A stretch of 64,000 bases of DNA, from the NCBI RefSeq assembly GCF_009914755.1, contig NC_060928.1. One strand, given 5' to 3'. The position numbers and the translations under genes were made by a program. Shown here one piece after another: positions 63,215-64,000 of the stretch. The stretch comes from the human T2T-CHM13v2.0 reference genome, Homo sapiens. The notes beneath the pieces are model-generated. The model was not told where the DNA came from. It was given only the letters and a program-made list of their open reading frames with translations, and did no database searches. How positions within the stretch are numbered: position 1 is the stretch's first letter; each line of letters opens with the position of its first letter.

Positions 63215-64000
63215 GGAATATAAACTTATTAAATATCTCTGTAAATCCTTCCCAGTTGGGTAGCTCTGTCCTATGATTTTGCTATCTGGGCAACTGTAGA
63301 TGATGAATTAGCTGCGATTGATTTTCATCATCAGTCATCAGCCATAGCATCTGCTATACCTCTGTTGACTCCGTCATCTCCTAGGGAGCTTGTACTCAAC
63401 ATTAATGACAACATTAGCCCAGGTGACATGTAATTAAGAAAGCAAACCTTTTTCCAACCAAAAATAATATGAGAGATTCCAAATCCAAACAGAACAGAGC
63501 TGTGGATCATTTCATGTTTGTCTTCATATCATTCTCTCCACTCCACTCCACTGACACAGCGTGATGCTTGATTGTCCTCTAAGCCCCTTCCATTGCTGTC
63601 ATCTGGGATGCTGGCAATGTATTGTGCTGAAAGGGAAGCTTATTAATAAAGTTAGTAACTCGAAGAGTCAGTGCAGGTTATTTGTAGGATGCTCATTATG
63701 AGTCTTGAGTCTGACTCAGTCCAGAAAGCAATGGAATATTCCGCATAACCACCTAAAGGACTTCTCTTTCCCCCTTCCCCAGGGTCTGTTTCTCCTGTAA
63801 GGGTTCAGAGCTGCCTGGCAGAGGCTGGCTGAAATAGGAGAAATCCTGACTTAAGCTGTTTCAGGAAAGTGATCCAGTCTTTGGAGAATAATCAGGACAT
63901 AATTAAGTATGAGTAAAAGGCTTAGAGTTAGTCTGTTCTCCTCTGTAATGGGGTGTTCACTAGTGTGACAGTTGTTTTTGTGACTATTGCTTTTACGTAC

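Noticed and set aside
63300-64000. EGF promoter elements
   Set aside because: EGF is expected just beyond the window from recalled synteny, but no exon or diagnostic motif is visible here.

Overview
Human/primate genomic DNA. I recognise it from the protein sequence as the 4q25 LRIT3 locus; from recalled gene order, RRH lies upstream and EGF just beyond the right end. The window holds the complete 4-exon LRIT3 CDS (261-376, 3578-4050, 19717-20022, 21719-22863; 2040 nt, 679 aa; LRR-Ig-S/T stalk-FN3-TM), a 5'-truncated processed KRT19 pseudogene (31032-31996, minus) and dense repeats. The repeats include a deleted HERV-K(HML)-type provirus and a truncated L1 in intron 2, an old class III ERV remnant just after the gene, a 22-bp VNTR, a full-length but disrupted L1PA4-like element, and many Alu, MIR, L1M, L3 and DNA-transposon fragments. 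I find no convincing new protein-coding system. The most unusual signals are structural: a 197-bp inverted local duplication, a 25-nt orphan retrocopy with poly(A) and a 15-bp TSD, several other locally templated insertions, an L1/LTR junction lacking a TSD, a likely LTR-donated poly(A) site, and two possible routes to a truncated soluble LRIT3. Repeat subfamily names are from memory of consensus sequences and need Dfam/RepeatMasker confirmation.
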